DNA of 64,000 bases, from the NCBI GenBank assembly GCA_016873795.1, contig VGWA01000001.1, positions 2,344 through 66,343 on the forward strand, given 5' to 3'. The position numbers were made by a program, and so were the translations under genes. Each line of letters begins with the position of its first letter. The stretch's first letter is position 1. The DNA comes from Ignavibacteria bacterium. Its GTDB lineage: Bacteria > Bacteroidota > Ignavibacteria > Tepidaquicellales > Tepidaquicellaceae. The notes beneath the pieces are model-generated. The model had not been told where the DNA came from, made no database searches, and worked only from the letters and a program-made list of their open reading frames with translations. This document shows positions 60,381 through 64,000 of this stretch, piece after piece.

Positions 60381-61487
60381 TTAATTTACAATTTTCACTT
60401 TTCCTTCTTCTCTAACCAATTCCTGTCCTACAGAAATAATTTTATCGTTCTCTTTTATGCCTGAAACAATTTCTTTTTTGTTCTCCGATACAATTCCTGT
60501 TTGGACATAATTTTTAATTGCAGTATTTTCGTTATTAACCACAAAAACAAATTCGCCTTTCTCATCTTTCCGTACACATTGTTCCGATAAAATTAAAACA
60601 TCGTAATGTGTTTCCAGATCAATTTTCACTTTAGCAAACATACCGGGTTTCAGCGAATTTTCTTTATTATCTATATGAATTTCCGCCTGCATTGTTCTTG
60701 TTGCAAGGTCAACCGACTGAGCAATCTGCTGAAAAACTGCTTCAAAAGTTTGTCCGGGATAAGCATCTGTTGTTTCCTGAACGGTTTTGATATCATTCAA
60801 CATCGTAATATTTTTTTCCGGTACGTTCACCATAATCTTTAGTTTACTTATATCCGAAAGAATAAAAATCGAGTTCTGCGAAGAAGACGATACAAGAGCC
60901 CCTCTATCGAGATGTCTTTTTGTTATATATCCGCTGAAAGGAGCTGTAATATTACAATACCCGAGTTGTATCCGTGCATTATCATAATTAGCTTCAGCCG
61001 TTTGAACTTGTGCTTCGGATACCTTAACAAGTGTATAGGCATTATCAATTTCCCCTTGGCTTGTTAGTCCTTTTTCAAACAAGGCAAAAAGACGTTCATA
61101 ATTTATTTTGTTGTTTTCCAGATTTGCTTTTGCCTGCTTCAGCTGGCCTTCTGTTAATTTAACAGATTGTATATACTGGCTTTTATCAATAACAGCAAGT
61201 AATTTTCCCCTATGTACATAATCGCCAATATCGACAAAAATATTTTGTATGTTTCCGGTAATCCGTGAATAAATGCTTGTTTGCTGAATAGGTAATATAT
61301 CACCTGAAAGTATCAATGTATTCGATATATTTCCCCTCTCTGGAAGAATAACCTAAACAGTCTGGGGAGGAGCCGCCGGTTTTTGCGACGCTTTAATATT
61401 TTCGCTTACTCTATAGTAGATAAGAACTGAGGCGGCTAAAGCCAAAATTATAAAAAATAAAATGAATAGTTTTTTCTTTTTACTCAT
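60381..61487 (-). pseudogene. RND efflux periplasmic adaptor (membrane fusion protein, HlyD family) interrupted by an in-frame TAG
   Basis: The minus strand reads MSKKKKLFILFFIILALAASVLIYY...KPAAPPQTV-TAG-VILPERGNISNTLILSGDILPIQQTSIYSRITGN..., all in one frame. The TAG is at 61355..61353. The 'M' of the track ORF 60381..61316 is an internal TTG (Leu). Confidence 0.8.
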
Positions 61488-61599
61488 ATTTTCAATTGAT
61501 AAAATTTGGGAATTATAGACTTTAATACAATTCAAAAAGAATTAAAAAAAAAGGCAGGATTTTCTTATTAATTGAATATCATATACCCAGAAAAAAAAA

Positions 61600-63102
61600 C
61601 TATTTTATAAGTGTCATTTTCCTTATTTCAGAATAATCTCCCATTTGTAATCTGTAAAAATAAACTCCGCTCGGCAATCTGCTACCGTCAAAACTTACCT
61701 GATAAGTCCCCGGCTGATATTTCCCGTTTACAAGTGTAGACAACTCCTTTCCTAAAACATCATATATCTTTAAAGTTACATTACTGACTTTAGTTCTGAA
61801 TTCTGAATACTGAAATCCAATAATTGTCGAAGCGTTGAACGGGTTCGGATAATTTTGAAATAATTCAATATTCCCGGGTACTATTTCGGAAATTTTTTTC
61901 ACGAATACTCCTCCGCCGTTTGTGGAATGAAGAATTAAGCCATCTGAATAAGGTAATCCTCCGCATACAAACCAATTGTTTGCATCTATCAACTTACTTC
62001 CCGCAAGTATACTCTCGGAATAGATTTTATAAGTTAACCATGTCTCTCCATAGTTACTTGTCCCGAAAACATAAAATGAATCTGTAGAATTTCCATAGCA
62101 AATTCCTTTTCCGGTTGTGCTTACAAAATCCACACCCAGCAAAAGAAGGTCTCCATGATTAGAAAAATTCGTAATTTGAAACCAGTTATTACCGCTGTTT
62201 GTTGTTTTATAAATTCTGTTAGGAATACTTTTATATTGAGGGTATCCTGCAGCCAAAACAAAACCCGTCTGATTATCAATAAAATCAATATCAAATACCG
62301 AACCTAAACCGGAAAGATTAATGATTTGCCAATTATTTCCATTGTCAGCAGTTTTCAATATCACCGCACCCGAAGTATCCTCACCGACAACGAAACCCGT
62401 ACTGACATTCAGAAAACAAATAGAATTTAATGAAAGCATCGAGCCGGATATTAAACATCCCTCCCAGTTCAGACCGCCGTCGGTAGTTTTAAGCAATGAA
62501 TAAGGCGGTCCAATAGAACTTTTACATCCTATCACATAGCCGGTATCAAGGTTAAAGAAATGCATATATGAAAGATAATAGATATTCGACGGAATATTTC
62601 CATAAGTACACCAATTTTGCCCTCCGTTTGTTGTTTTCAAAAATAAACCCCGGTAATTATCAAGTGCATCCATTCCAAGTAAGTATTTTTCACACCTAAT
62701 ATTTATTCGTCGCGGCAAACTATTCTCTAATTTATCACGGAATATTTGTAGTATTTCCTTTTGGTTTGCAAGATTCCTGTCTGTAAATATTTCTGTGCCG
62801 CTTGTCACATTATACGCCCCGCTGATATATCCCGTCTGTGAATTAAGAAATTGTACACAGACCAATGACCTTGCAGTATCCGGTATGCCTGCAGGATTCC
62901 AGGAAACACCTGCATTTGTTGTATAATATCCTTTTGCAAAAGGTTGTATACCTAATCCCCATCCTCCAGTAAAACCTGTCATTGAATTCGTAAAATCAAT
63001 CGTAAGAAGCAATCCTCTGTCAGTAATTGTCTGATGTGCCCACTGTGCATTGCATAAGGAAAATAAAAAAAGGAATATTAATAATGTAATGAAATATTTC
63101 AT
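61600..63102 (-). CDS. Secreted BNR/Asp-box beta-propeller protein (Ycf48-like) with a T9SS C-terminal sorting domain
   Basis: Repeated S/T-x-D/N-x-G-x-x-W motifs are present (TNAGVSW, TNGGQNW, TTDGGLNW, TADNGNNW, TTNSGNNW, SNYGETW). The C-terminus is NYPNPFNASTIIGF...LKIYDVLGKEL...SGVYFYRL...RKMTLIK. Confidence 0.8.
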   Translation of the reverse strand: MKYFITLLIFLFLFSLCNAQWAHQTITDRGLLLTIDFTNSMTGFTGGWGLGIQPFAKGYYTTNAGVSWNPAGIPDTARSLVCVQFLNSQTGYISGAYNVTSGTEIFTDRNLANQKEILQIFRDKLENSLPRRINIRCEKYLLGMDALDNYRGLFLKTTNGGQNWCTYGNIPSNIYYLSYMHFFNLDTGYVIGCKSSIGPPYSLLKTTDGGLNWEGCLISGSMLSLNSICFLNVSTGFVVGEDTSGAVILKTADNGNNWQIINLSGLGSVFDIDFIDNQTGFVLAAGYPQYKSIPNRIYKTTNSGNNWFQITNFSNHGDLLLLGVDFVSTTGKGICYGNSTDSFYVFGTSNYGETWLTYKIYSESILAGSKLIDANNWFVCGGLPYSDGLILHSTNGGGVFVKKISEIVPGNIELFQNYPNPFNASTIIGFQYSEFRTKVSNVTLKIYDVLGKELSTLVNGKYQPGTYQVSFDGSRLPSGVYFYRLQMGDYSEIRKMTLIK

Positions 63103-63233
63103 TCCGGGGTTCTTTAAATTTCCGGAAATTTAAGTAAAATAAATTTGATAATAAATAACAAAATGCTGAAGATTACAACATTATGCGGACTTTTCGTAAC
63201 GTTCTAATTATATTCTGTTTACTTTAAAATGAT

Positions 63234-63572
63234 TTACTTTTTACCTTTGTCTTTTTTATCCTTTTGTTTGTCTTTCTTGTTTATATCATCATCGGATTTT
63301 TTATTCACATTTCCTTTGTCTTTATCAACAGATTTCTTATCTTTATCTTTTTTTTCTCCTTTATCCTCTTTCTTTTGCTGTTTATCCTCTTTTTTCAGCT
63401 TTTGTTCTTCTTTTTTCAATTCCTTCTCTTCTTTTTGAAGTTTCTTCTCCTCTTTTTTTAATTCCTTTTCTTCCTGTTTCAGTTCTTTTTCTTCCTGTTT
63501 CAATTTACTTTTTTCTTCTTTCGTTATTTTTTTCGCATCTTTGTAGGAAACAAGTTTTTCCGGTTTCGACAC
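63234..63572 (-). CDS. Lys/Glu-rich low-complexity protein, or the C-terminal part of a longer disrupted gene
   Basis: The GTG-initiated ORF encodes KQEEKELKQEEKELKKEEKKLQKEEKELKKEEQKLKKED... The same frame stays open upstream to 63758 with no ATG, GTG or TTG, so the true start is uncertain. Confidence 0.5.
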   Translation of the reverse strand: MSKPEKLVSYKDAKKITKEEKSKLKQEEKELKQEEKELKKEEKKLQKEEKELKKEEQKLKKEDKQQKKEDKGEKKDKDKKSVDKDKGNVNKKSDDDINKKDKQKDKKDKGKK

Positions 63573-63735
63573 AGGCTCTTTTCTTACATCCTTGGTCTTT
63601 TTAAACGCTGGTGTAAAAATTGCAAGTGAATCGTTTTTCAGACCTATCTCATCTTTTTTGCCTACATTTTTAATTTTAACTTTTTCTATTTTCTTACCGG
63701 CAGCTTCTTCAATAGATGATACATCAGGTCCTTTA

Positions 63736-64000
63736 TTAATTACCGTTTTGTTTTTTAATCATAACACCGTCAATTTTTGACATTTCTTTTATCATAATTT
63801 TATTCTTATTCTCTACTACCTGATATCTATATTTGTTTACAGAAGGCTGTGTAAAATTCTTTTTTTCTACAACCGTAAATCTTTCTTCGTCCAATGACGG
63901 AACATTTACAGCATCGTTTTCGATATATGTTCCAGGTGGAATAGGAGACTAGGCAATATGTTCATTATCTTCCCGCCATTCTACCCATGCCGGCGACCAT
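63736..64000 (-). pseudogene. Upstream part of a possibly disrupted gene that continues into the K/E-rich ORF (window-edge partial)
   Basis: My translation of another minus-strand frame gives WSPAWVEWREDNEHIA-TAG-SPIPPGTYIENDAVNVPSLDEERFTVVEKKNFTQPSVNKYRYQVVENKNKIMIKEMSKIDGVMIKKQNGN-stop. Removing one A from the A6 run (63751..63756) fuses it in frame to the K/E-rich ORF. Confidence 0.35.

Noticed and set aside
61353-61355. Possibility that the in-frame TAG codons reflect stop-codon reassignment
   Set aside because: TAG terminates several genes at their natural ends. It follows the canonical T9SS CTD end ...KLVVLK at 20535..20537, ends the HAD gene at 31790..31792 where it overlaps the acpS start, and ends the gene at 45594..45596. 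Ordinary nonsense mutations or sequence errors are the simpler explanation.
63234-63572. Tandem repeats considered as a possible CRISPR or minisatellite array
   Set aside because: The repeats are 21-nt in-frame coding units with no spacers, and no cas genes are nearby. This is low-complexity coding sequence.
1-64000. Search for mobile elements, prophage, toxin-antitoxin, restriction-modification, retron, DGR or CRISPR-Cas defence modules
   Set aside because: No ORF showed integrase, transposase, reverse transcriptase, Cas, nuclease-ATPase or methylase motifs that I could recognise. No flanking direct repeats or tRNA genes were seen.

Overview
This is an AT-rich bacterial chromosomal segment with about 50 protein-coding genes. 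I recognised no rRNA, tRNA, CRISPR array, transposase or integrase. Five proteins end in type IX secretion (T9SS) C-terminal sorting domains and one TonB-dependent receptor is SusC-like. Together these point to the FCB superphylum (Bacteroidota/Ignavibacteriota-like); that placement is an inference.

Content, left to right:
- obg and small membrane proteins.
- An approximately 11.5 kb surface-glycan (LPS/EPS-type) cluster at 4053..15496: an O-antigen ligase/polymerase-TPR protein, a Wzx-like flippase, a methyltransferase, and glycosyltransferases of families GT4, GT2, GT9, GT4 and GT26.
- Two tandem giant (1625 and 1671 aa) PorU/gingipain-like C25 cysteine-peptidase paralogs with T9SS sorting domains.
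- Housekeeping genes: uvrA, folC, acpS, an RSH (p)ppGpp enzyme, upp, an isolated nuoCDEF block, msrBA, accC.
- A TonB-dependent receptor paired with a T9SS-secreted protein.
- A cutinase/PETase-like alpha/beta hydrolase with a T9SS domain.
- A three-gene operon of unknown function.
- An RND efflux operon in which both genes are visibly disrupted.

Observations most worth follow-up:
1. An identical 13-mer sits at exactly -23..-11 of two start codons, one in the glycan cluster and one at the first C25 gene. The second copy lies inside a relatively G+C-rich leader that could be structured.
2. The tandem C25 paralogs lie directly downstream of the glycan cluster.
3. The T9SS-tagged polyesterase-like hydrolase.
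4. A 7-bp tandem duplication and in-frame TAG codons break adjacent genes near the right edge.

I did not find a clear-cut novel defence or mobile system. The candidates above are hypotheses and need database or experimental checks.
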